Shown here: piece after piece, positions 23,636 through 33,989 of the stretch
How the letters are laid out: each line of letters starts with the position of its first letter
Position numbering within the stretch: the stretch's first letter is position 1
Origin: an uncultured Planctomycetota bacterium
GTDB taxonomy: Bacteria; Planctomycetota; Planctomycetia; Isosphaerales; Isosphaeraceae
DNA: 64,000 nucleotides
NCBI GenBank assembly: GCA_963845755.1
Contig: CAWJTV010000011.1
Span: forward strand, 512,001-576,000
Direction: 5' to 3'
Notes under the pieces: generated by a model
The model's input: only the letters and a program-made list of their open reading frames with translations
The model's database searches: none
Told to the model about the DNA's origin: nothing
Made by a program: the position numbers and the translations under genes

Positions 23636-24022
23636 CGACGATCCTCTTTCTGCATCACCGGGGCAACCGCTGTCTTTCTCGCCGACTCCATCTTACTCAT
23701 TTCCCGGTCTTCCTCAATGTGAGGACCGCGCTTCGGCTGGCGTTCCCTGTTCCGGTCGCACCGTCTTGCGTGCCGTTTTGCCAGCCATGACTTCCCCCTT
23801 CCCGCCGAAAGGGACCTCGCACAACGAAGACCTTGCCAGAGTGCCGTGGCAGACATCTCGCCGCATGGCCTGGTCACGGTATAGGATGAGTCCCGGGATG
23901 CAACCCGAGATTCGGGGGCTCGATCCGACGACCCGGTGTCGGATTCCCACCGCGAGTCGGTGAGCGAACTCTGGGAGAGAGCCCACTCGGTCAGCCTCGG
24001 GATTCGATGGGGATCTGTGGCG

Positions 24023-24621
24023 ATGAACGATGTGACCCGGATTCTCGCGGCGATCGAACAGGGCGACCCGGGCGCCGCCGATCGGCTCTTGCCGCTGGTT
24101 TATGAGAAGTTGCGCAACTCGCCGCGGCGCGGCTCGCCCGGGAAAAACCCGGCCAGACTCTTCAGGCGACGGCCCTGGTCCATGAAGCCTATCTGCGACT
24201 CGTGGACGGTGACGACACGAAGCCGTGGAACGGTCGCGGCCACTTCTTCGGCGCGGCGGCCGAGGCCATGCGGCGGATCCTCGTCGAGAACGCCCGCCGG
24301 AAAGGTCGGGGCCGGCATGGCGGCGGTCTCAGGCGAGTTGAGCTCGACGCGGCATGTTCGCTGGCCGAGCCCCCGCCGGACGACGACCTGCTCGCGCTCG
24401 ACGAGGCGCTCGACCGGCTCGCCGCGCTCGACCCGAAGCGGGCCGAGGTGGTGAAGCTCCGATTCTTCGCCGGGCTGACCATGCCGGAGGCGGCCGACGC
24501 GATGGGCGTCTCGCTGGCGACGGCCGAGCGATACTGGGCGTTCGCCCGCACCTGGCTATTCGCCGAGCTGAAAGAAGAGCCTCCGTCCGACGCTCAGCCG
24601 AAAAAATCATCTCCGGCGTGA
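24023..24621 (+). CDS. ECF sigma factor 1, TIGR02999/ECF43-like (frameshift near 24120)
   Basis: MNDVTRILAAIEQGDPGAADRLLPLVY; HFFGAAAEAMRRILVENARRK; VVKLRFFAGLT; WAFARTWL. Confidence 0.92.
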
Positions 24622-24668
24622 GGGGTTTCGAGGGATTCCGTCGCACGGACAGACAGAACCCTGCATAA

Positions 24669-24736
24669 GAGGCTATTTCAAAAAGGGGACAGGCACCTCG
24701 AAGACTCGGAGCCAGTCCCCGTTTTGAGATAGCCAG
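24669..24736. mobile_element. MITE-like palindromic element C
   Basis: TAA | GAGGCTATTTCAAAA ... TTTTGAGATAGCCAG | TAA with inner GGGGACAGGC / GCCAGTCCCC; core CTCGAAGACTCGGAG also occurs at about 1507..1521. Confidence 0.65.
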
Positions 24737-24750
24737 TAAGGAGCCCCCTC

Positions 24751-27700
24751 ATGACTGACCTGTCCGCCATCGAGTCGATCTTCCTGGCCGCCCTGGAGCG
24801 GCCGACGCCCGAGGCCCGGTCCTCATACCTGGACGCCGCCTGCCTCGATCCCGGAAATCCGCCGGCACGTCGAGCGACTGCTCAATGCGCATCCCAAGGT
24901 CGGCAGCTTCCTCAATGCCACCGCCGAGGCCGGGGACCGCACCGACGATTATGCGCCGATTTCCGAGGGGCCCGGCACCCTGGTCGGCCCGTACAAGCTG
25001 ATGGAGCAGATCGGCGAGGGGGGCATGGGCCTGGTGTTCGTCGCCGAGCAGCAGCAGCCCGTCCGCCGCAAGGTTGCGCTCAAGATCATCAAGCCGGGGA
25101 TGGATACCCGGGACGTGATCGCCCGGTTCGAGGCCGAGCGCCAGGCCCTGGCCCTGATGGACCACCCCAACATCGCCCGCGTCCTCGATGCCGGTAAGAC
25201 CGAGAGCGGCCTGCCCTACTTCGTGATGGAGCTGGTCAAGGGGATGCCCATCATCGAATATTGCGACGTCCACCAGCTCGCTCCCCGAGACCGCCTGAAG
25301 CTGTTCGTCAACGTCTGCCAGGCGGTCCAGCACGCCCACTCCAAGGGCGTCATCCACCGCGACCTGAAGCCGTCGAACATCCTGGTGGCCCCCCACGACG
25401 GCGTGCCGGTGGTCAAGGTGATCGACTTCGGCGTCGCCAAGGCCGTCGGCCAGCAGCTCACCGACAAGACGATCTACACCCGCCTCCAGCAGATGATCGG
25501 CACGCCGCTGTACATGAGCCCCGAGCAGGCCGAGATCAACGCGCTGGACGTCAACATCCGCAGCGACGTCTACAGCCTCGGCGTGCTCCTGTACGAGTTG
25601 CTCACCGGCACGACGCCGTTCGACCGCCAGCGGTTCGCCACCGCGGCGTACGACGAGATCCGCCGGATCATCAAGGAAGAGGAGCCGCCGAAGCCCAGCA
25701 CGCGGCTCAGCACCCTCGGAGAGGCGCTTTCGCACCGTGTCGATGCGACGGAAGACCGAGCCGGCGAAACTCTCGGCCCTGGTGCGAGGCGACCTGGACT
25801 GGATCGTGATGAAGGCGCTCGAGAAGGACCGGTCGCGGCGGTACGAGACGGCCAGCGGGATGGCCAGAGACGTCGAGCGTTACCTGGCCGACGAAGCGGT
25901 CGAAGCCTGTCCCCCTTCGGCTTTGTACCGGTTGAAGAAGTTTGCCCGCAAGCACCGGGCCGCCCTGGCGACGGCCTCGGCGATCGCCGCCGTGCTGGTC
26001 CTGGGGATCATCGTGAGCGCCTGGCAAGCGGTCCGGGCCAGGCAGGCCGAGCGGATCGCTCGCGTGGAACGCGATCGAGCTGTCGTCGCGGAACGTGTCG
26101 CCGAGGTTTCTCGGCAGGAGACGGAGGCCAAACGGCAAGAGGCCGAGTCAGCCCGGCAATCGCTGCGGCGATCGCTCTACGTCTCGGACATCCAACGGGC
26201 GCAGGCGGCCTGGGACAGCGGCAACCGCGACGTGATGTGCGACCTCCTGGAACAGCAACGGCCGGGATCGGGCGATGACGACCTGCGCGGATTCGAGTGG
26301 CGTTACCTTCGAAGATTGGGCTCGACCCTCCGTGTGGTCGAATTGTCCGATCGTCTGAAACTTGGGACGATGAGCCGCGACGGGACTCGTTACGTCGCCA
26401 CCGCATATTCGCAATTGAAGAAGGGACCGCCCGACGCGTATGAACTCGAGCTCAGGCTGGCGGATGGTCTGAGCGGCAAAGAAGTGCGCAGGATCGATCC
26501 CTACCCTGGCGAGATCCAGACCATTGGCATCCCTTCGATCCAGTTTAGCCCCAACGGCCATCGCTTCGTCCACCGTTCGCAAGCCCGCGACGCGTCGGGT
26601 CGTCCGGTCAAATGGCGTGTCAAGGTCTGGGATTGGTTGACCGGTCGCGAGGTGTTTGCGCGCTCCGACCTCACCGGAGTGGTCTCGATGCCGGCGTTCG
26701 ACCCCTCGGCGACCCGGTTGGCAACGGGGATCGCCCGGCCCAGGGATCAAGCCGGTGGCGACTTGATCATCTGGGACATCGATGGCGGAAAACAGCTCCT
26801 GGCGATCCCGTTACCGGACCGCCAGTTCGGTGACTGGTCCTCGATCACATTCAGTCCGGATGGGACACGCATCGCCGCCGTGTTGCTGCCCGCCAGACTC
26901 CTATGCCGCCGACGCTCCGCGCGAGCTCCGGGCCTGGGACGCCGCCACGGGCAAGGAGTTGTTCCGCCACGATACGGGCCCCGGGGCGACCGCCCTGGCC
27001 TATAGTCCCGACGGGCGAACCCTGGCGGTCTCCGGCGACGGCGGGCCAATGCATCGGATCCGGGATGCCGGCTCGGGCAAGGAGATCCTCAAACTCACCA
27101 TGGGGGAGGAGGGCCTGATAAACTGAACGGCTCGACCCGATCGCCTTCAGTCCCGACGGAACCGCGCGTGGCCGGCACGGTCTGAGGACGGGAAAGTGCG
27201 GATCTGGGACGTGACCCCGGATGAGACCAGGGCGAGCCGATCGCCGGATCTGATCCTGAAAGGGAACAACGGACCAGGGTTTCGGATGTGGCCTGGAGCA
27301 CCCATGGCCAGTTCGTCTCGGCCACGGCCCAGGGCCGCAAGATCCTGACCTGGGAGGTCCTGGCCCAGGACGAGCACCTCACGATCAAGGGGACTGACGA
27401 GACGACCCGGGTTGGGCCGACCTCGACGGCGAGTGCGAATCGGTTCGCCGCCGCCTTCGGGACGGCGAGGGCCCGGGAAGACCGAGATCAAGGTCTGGAA
27501 TCAGGCGGGTCAGGTGCTGTTCCAGACGACCGAACCCGCCCCGGACGGTCCCAGGAACAGAGAGAGTGTTCGAGCGGTCAAGCTCAGTCGCGACGGCACC
27601 CGACTGGCGTACCGCGCGAATTATGACTGGTTCGAGCCGATGGGACGAAAAAAGCGGTCAGCTCAGGTCCGGGTCTGGGACATCGCGACAGGTCGAAGCG

Positions 27701-28489
27701 TGTTCCATCGCGACCGCGAGGATAACTATGCCCTCGACGTCTAGCATCTGGTTCGACGACGTTGCCCTCAGTTCCGATGGACGGCTTCTGGCGACGATTG
27801 CGGCCAGAGGATCCTTATCGGCGTCAAAGTCATTGCTTTCCGTCCGAGAGCTCGATTCGGGCGAAGAGCGCCTCCATCGAGATCTGGATGGGGAAATCCA
27901 TGTACAAGATCGTCTTCAGCCCCGACGGCCGCCGGGTCGCGGGCAACATCTGGCTTCGATCCAGGGAGTCTCTGGCTACTGAGCTTCGAGTCTGGGATGT
28001 CGCGACGGGCCAGGTGGTCCTGAGCCGTAAATGGGACGAGAGCCCTCCCCACGAGCCGTCCTATAGCGGAGACGGCCGATGGTTGGCATTGCCATTGGCG
28101 AAGAGAGACGGTGGCAGTGTGATCAAGGTTCTCGACGCCGCCAGCGGCGAGGAGCGTCACTCGCTCACGGGTCATGGCTTTCCGATCTTGGGGGTGACTT
28201 TCAGCCCCGACAGTCGGCGACTTGCCTCCTTCGACATCTCACGGACCCAGTACTTCCGACGTCAAGCTCTGGGACCTCGCTATGGGGAAGGAACTGCTGA
28301 CCTTCTCGACAAAAGCGCTCGAGCCATCTTCTTCGAGGGGGCCGCATGTTTGTTCCGACGAGGAGCCTCTCGTTCAGTCCGGACGGCAACCGCCTGTCCT
28401 ACGTCGTCGGGAGCCATGGTCGCGAAGCCAGGGTGCAGTTCTGGGACGCCACCCCGATGCCGGACGAGAAGGCCGAAGCCTCGCGATGA
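24751..28489 (+). CDS. Ser/Thr protein kinase 1 with TM segment and WD40 repeats (multiple frameshifts)
   Basis: [28 protein letters not shown]; hydrophobic [29 protein letters not shown] repeats. Confidence 0.9.
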
Positions 28490-28595
28490 CTACCCTGAAG
28501 CGGCCCGGTGGATTACCCTGGATGTCGACGTCCCGTGCTCTAGTGTCGATCCACGGCCGCGACGCCCTGGGATTGGTCCGGAACGGCCTCCACCG

Positions 28596-29168
28596 ATGAA
28601 CGAAGTGACGCGGATCCTCGAAGCGATCGACCAGGGCGAGCCCGGCGCCGCCGATCGGCTCTTGCCGCTGGTCTACGACGAACTGCGCAAGCTGGCCGCC
28701 GCGCGGCTGGCGCGAGAAAAGCCCGGGCAGACCCTTCAGGCGACGGCCCTGGTCCACGAAGCCTACCTGCGCCTGGTGGGTGGTGACGATGCCAAGCCGT
28801 GGAACAGCCGCGGCCACTTCTTCGGCGCGGCGGCCGAGGCCATGCGGCGCATCCTCGTCGAGAACGCCCGGCGCAAGGCGCGCATCCGCCACGCTGGCGG
28901 CCTGAATCGGATCGACCTGGACCGGATCGACCTCGCCGCGGACGAGGCATCGGACGAATTGCTCGCGCTCAACGACGCCCTGGACCGTCTGGCCGAGGAG
29001 GAGCCAACCGTCGCCGAAGTGGTCAAGGTCCGGCACTTCGCCGGGTTGACGATCGAGCAAGCCGCCGCGGCGCTGGGCATCTCGGTGCGCACCGCCAACC
29101 GCCACTGGGCCTATGCCCGTGCGTGGCTCTATCAGCAGTTGAATCCTCCCGACGGAACGACGGATTGA
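28596..29168 (+). CDS. ECF sigma factor 2, TIGR02999/ECF43-like
   Basis: MNEVTRILEAIDQGEPGAADRLLPLVYDELRKLAAARLAREKPGQTLQATALVHEAYLRL. Confidence 0.94.
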   Translation: MNEVTRILEAIDQGEPGAADRLLPLVYDELRKLAAARLAREKPGQTLQATALVHEAYLRLVGGDDAKPWNSRGHFFGAAAEAMRRILVENARRKARIRHAGGLNRIDLDRIDLAADEASDELLALNDALDRLAEEEPTVAEVVKVRHFAGLTIEQAAAALGISVRTANRHWAYARAWLYQQLNPPDGTTD

Positions 29169-29370
29169 GAGACTGTCTCGGAAGGTCTTTGTAGGGTGCT
29201 CTGTGAGCACCGATCTGGCGGACTGGGCCGAATTCGGTGCTCACAGAGCACCGATCCGGCGGACTGGGCCGAACTCGGTGCTCACAGAGCACCGATCTGG
29301 CGGACTGGGCCGAATTCGGTGCTCACAGAGCACCCTACGAGACGGCCGTTGAGGCTTCCGGGACAGACTC
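29169..29370. mobile_element. MITE-like element B containing a GTAG-type REP doublet and three 41-bp tandem units
   Basis: TGA | GAGACTGTCTCGGAAG ... CTTCCGGGACAGACTC | TGA; inner GTAGGGTGCTCTGTGAGCACC (29191..29211) inverted with 29318..29338; 41-bp units start at 29205, 29246 and 29287. Confidence 0.82.
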
Positions 29371-29458
29371 TGAGAGAAATCGCGAATCTGATGGCACGAT
29401 TCGCTCCGGGACGTCGCACTGCCCTCCAGAGAGATCAATTCAGATGGAGGACCGAGCC

Positions 29459-32400
29459 ATGAACGCGGAAAAGCCGAGCGTCAAAGCGATCTTCGACGAG
29501 GCCGTGGAGATCGAAGATCCCGGAGCGCGACGATCTTATCTGGATCGGGCTTGCACGAACGACGTCGAGCTCCGCCGAAAGCTGGATGCCCTGCTGCAAG
29601 CGTATGGCGACGCCGGTAGCTTCCTCCAGAAGCCGGCAATCGATGCGGACCTGACCGACCCGTTCACACCCTCTGCTCGCTCGCCCGCGACCGCAAGAGC
29701 CCCGGCCCATCACCGAAGGACCTGGGACCTGCATCGGTCCTTATAAGCTCTTGCAGCCGATCGGCGAGGGCGGCATGGGCATCGTCTACATGGCCGAGCA
29801 AGAGAAGCCGGTCCGGCGGCGCGTCGCGCTCAAGATCATCAAGCCGGGGATGGACTCCAAGCAGGTGATCTCGCGGTTCGAGGCCGAGCGCCAGGCGCTG
29901 GCCTTGATGGACCACCAGAACATCGCGCGCGTGCTGGATGCCGGCACGACCGAGACCGGCCGCCCGTATTTCGTCATGGAGCTGGTGCACGGCGTCCCGA
30001 TCACGAAATACTGCGACGACGTCCAGCTCAATCCCCGCGAGCGTCTCGAGTTGTTCATCCCCGTCTGCCAGGCGATCCAGCACGCGCACCAGAAGGGGAT
30101 CATCCACCGAGATATCAAGCCCTCGAACGTCCTGGTGACGCTCTACGACGGCAAGCCCGTCGCCAAGGTGATCGACTTCGGCGTGGCCAAGGCCACCGAC
30201 CAGAGGTTGACCGAGCGCACCATGTTCACCCAGTACGGTTCGATCGTCGGCACACTCGAGTACATGAGCCCCGAGCAGGCCGAGATGAGCGCCCTGGGGG
30301 TCGACACGCGGAGCGACGTCTATGCGCTCGGGGTCCTGCTCTACGAGCTCTTGACCGGCACGACGCCGCTCGAGCGCGCGTCGCTGCGCGAGGCGGGCTA
30401 TGCCGAGATCCTGCGTCGGATCAAGGAAGAGGAGCCGCCCAGGCCGAGCACCCGACTGAGCGAATCGGGCGACGCGCTGCCGTCGATCTCGGCCCAGCGC
30501 AAGACCGAGTCGGCGAAGCTGGCGAAGTTGATGCGCGGGGAGGTCGACTGGATCGTGATGAAGTGCCTGGAGAAGGATCGGACGCGGCGGTACGAGACGG
30601 CCAACAGCCTGGCCCGCGACGTCGAGCGTTACCTGGCCGACGAAGCGGTCGAAGCCTGTCCCCCTTCGGCTTCGTACCGGCTGAGGAAGTTCACCCGAAA
30701 ACACCGGACCGCCCTGGCGACGGCCACGGCGTTCGTCGCCCTGCTGATCCTGGGGACCATCGTGAGCGCCTGGCAGGCGGTCCGGGCCAGGGTTGAACGA
30801 GATCGAGCGGTCCACGCAGAACGTGTCGCCGAGGATTCCCGGCGCGAGACGGAGGCCAAACGGCAAGAGGCTGAGTCAGCCCGGCAATCGCTGCGGCGAT
30901 CGCTCTACGTCTCGGACATCCAACGGGCGCAGGCGGCCTGGGACAGCGACAACGGCGATGGGATGCGCGACCTCCTGGAACAGCAACGGCCGGGATCGGG
31001 CGATGACGACCTGCGCGGATTCGAGTGGCATTACCTTCGAAGATTGGGCTCGACCATCCGTGTGGTCGAATTGTCCAACGATCTGGCTTTTGGAACGTTG
31101 AGCCGCGATGGGACGCGTTACGTCTCCCCGGTGTATTCGCGATCGAAGAAGGGACCGCCCAACGCGGCTGAGCTCGAGCTCAGGCTGATGGATGGTCTGA
31201 GCGGCCGAGAAGTGCGCAGGATCGATCCCTACCCTGGCGAGATCCTGGTTTTTAGCCTGGATACGATCCAGTTTAGCCCCAACGGCCATCGCTTCGTCCA
31301 CCGCTCGCAAACCCCCGACGCCTCGGGTCGGCCGGTCAAATGGGGTTTCAAGGTCTGGGATTGGTTGACCGGTCGCGCGATGTTTGCGCGCTCCGACCTC
31401 ACAACAATGGTCTCGGCGCTGGCGTTCGACCCCTCGGCGACCCGGTTGGCAACGGGGATCGCCCGGCCCACGGATCAAGGCGGTGACGACCTGATCATCT
31501 GGGACATCGACGGCGGAAAACAGGTTCTGGCGATCCCGCTACCGGACGGCCATTTCCGTGGCTCGCCCTCGATCACATTCAGTCCGGATGGGACACGCAT
31601 CGCCGCCCTGTTATGGCCCGCCCGACCCTATACCTCAAGCGCCCCGCTCGAGCTCCGCGCCTGGGACGCCACCACGGGCAAGGAGCTGTTCCGCCACGGC
31701 ATGGCACCCCGGGCGACCGGCCTGGCCTATAGTCCTGACGGGCGAACCCTGGCGGTCTCCTGCGACGGCGGGACGATGCATCGGATCCGGGATGCCGGCT
31801 CGGGCAAGGAGATCCTCAAACTCACCATGGAGGAGGACCGGAAGGACCGGAGAGGGCCCGACTCGATCGCCTTCAGTCCCGACGGAACGCGCGTGGCCTA
31901 CGTGTCGGAGGGCGGGAAAGTCCACATCTGGGACGTGTCCCCGGATGAGACAAGGGCGACCCGAACGCCGGATCTGATCCTGAAAGGAAACTGGGCGCTC
32001 GTTTCGCACGTGGCCTGGAGCGCCGACGGCCGGTTCGTCTCGGCCTCGGGCCAGGGCCGCAAGATCTTGACCTGGCAGATCCAGGCCCAGGACGAGCATC
32101 TCACGCTCAAGGGGACTGACGAGGCGACCTGGGCCGGGCCGACCTCGGCGGCGAGTGCGAATCGGTTCGCCGCCGCCTTCGAGACGAAGCGAGGGCTCGG
32201 GAAGACCGAGATCAAGGTCTGGGATCAGGCGGGTCAGGTGCTGTTCCAAACGACCGAACCCGCCCTAAACGGTCCCAGGATCAGCCTTACTCGTCGAGCG
32301 GTCCAACTCAGTCGCGACGGCACCCGACTGGCGTACCACGCAACTTACCAGTCTCGAGCCGATGGGGCCGAAAAGAGGGTCGTTCAGATCCGGGCCTGGC

Positions 32401-33227
32401 ACATCGTTACAGGTCGAAGCATATTCCATCGCGACCGCGAAGAGATCATTGCCCGCGACCTGGATCTCAATTCCGACGTCGTTGCCCTCAGTTCCGATGG
32501 ACGGCTTCTGGCGACGGTTGCGGCCAGAGGGCCCTTATCGTCGGCAAGTTCAACGCTTTCCGTCTGGGAGCTCGATTCGGGCGAAGAGCGCCTCCATCGA
32601 GATCTGGATGGGGTCTTCCTGCAAACGATCGTCTTCAGCCCCGACGGCCGCCGAGTCGCGGGCACATTCTGGCCTCAACCCGGGGTGCCTCAGGCTTCTG
32701 GGCTTCTTCGAGCCTGGGATGTCGCGACGGGCCAGGTGGTCCTGAGCCGTAAATGGGACGAGCACTCTGCCGGCGAGCCCTCCTATAGTGGAGACGGCCG
32801 ATGGTTGGCATTGCCATTGAGGAAGAGAGACGGTGGCGGTGTGATCAAGGTCCTCGAGGCCGCCAGCGGCGAGGAGCGTCACTCGCTCACCAGTCATGGC
32901 TTTGGGTTCGGGAGGGTGACCTTCAGCCCCGACAGTCGGCGACTTGCCTCCTTCGACATCTCACAGGTCTTTGCTTTCCATCCGTCCGACGTCAAGCTCT
33001 GGGACCTCGCCGTGGGGAAGGAACTGCTGACCTTCTCGACGAAAGCGATCGAGCAACCTTCTCTGGAAAGGGCGATGTCTTTTCCGGCAAGGAGCCTCTC
33101 GTTCAGTCCGGACGGCAACCGCCTGTTCTACGTCGTCGGCAGCTATGGTCGCGAAGCCACGGTGCATGTTTGGGACGCCACCCCGCTGCCGGACGAGAAG
33201 GCCGAAGCCTCGCCACGACTACCCTGA
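29459..33227 (+). CDS. Ser/Thr protein kinase 2 with TM segment and WD40 repeats (frameshift near 29700)
   Basis: Complete Hanks kinase motifs, TM segment [16 protein letters not shown], long WD40 array. Confidence 0.93.
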
Positions 33228-33324
33228 AGCGACCCGGTGGATTACCCTGGATGTCGACGCTCCGTGCTCTGGTGTCGATCCATGGCCGCGGCGCCCTTGG
33301 GTTGGTCCGGAACGGCCTCCACCG

Positions 33325-33897
33325 ATGAACGAAGTGACGCGGATCCTCGAAGCGATCGACCAGGGCGAGCCCGGCGCCGCCGATCGGCTCTTGCCGCTGG
33401 TCTACGATGAACTGCGCAAGCTGGCCGCCACGCGTCTCGCCCGGGAAAAACCCGGCCAGACGCTCCAGGCGACGGCCCTGGTCCACGAAGCCTATCTGCG
33501 CCTGGTGGCTGGTGACGACCCGAAGCCGTGGAACAGTCGCGGTCACTTCTTTGGCGCGGCGGCCGAGGCCATGCGGCGGATCCTCGTCGAGAACGCCAGG
33601 CGAAAACGGCGCGTAAAGCACGGTGGTGCTCAGCATCGGGTCGATCTGAACGAGGCCGTCCTCTCGACTGACGGTCCGGCGGAAGAGCTGCTGGCCGTCG
33701 ACGAGGCGCTCGAGCGCCTCGCCGTCGAGGAACCGCAGGCTGCCGAGCTGGTCAAGCTGCATTACTTCGCCGGGCTGACCGTCGAGGAAGCGGCCGAAGT
33801 GCTTGGCGTATCGGCCAGAAAAGGCTATCGGATCTGGGCTTACGCGAGAGCCTGGCTCTTCCGCTACCTGGGTAGTGAGCAAGCGTGTGGAGACTAA
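33325..33897 (+). CDS. ECF sigma factor 3, TIGR02999/ECF43-like
   Basis: N-terminal half nearly identical to ECF2; LVKLHYFAGLT...WAYARAWL. Confidence 0.94.
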   Translation: MNEVTRILEAIDQGEPGAADRLLPLVYDELRKLAATRLAREKPGQTLQATALVHEAYLRLVAGDDPKPWNSRGHFFGAAAEAMRRILVENARRKRRVKHGGAQHRVDLNEAVLSTDGPAEELLAVDEALERLAVEEPQAAELVKLHYFAGLTVEEAAEVLGVSARKGYRIWAYARAWLFRYLGSEQACGD

Positions 33898-33989
33898 ATC
33901 CCGAAAACTCGGCTGACGTGGCAGTGATTCGTTCGGGATGTCGCACTGGGTTGGTGAGGTCATCAGAATCCCCTTGGGAGGACCAGACG

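Noticed and set aside
22292..23901. Tail duplication around the DUF1877/YafQ cassette
   Set aside because: Only a 10-bp match (CCCGGGATGC) was found, which is expected by chance at this GC content.
29205..29327. CRISPR array
   Set aside because: Units are near-identical end to end with no unique spacers, and there are no cas genes in the window. Better explained as a REP-derived tandem repeat.
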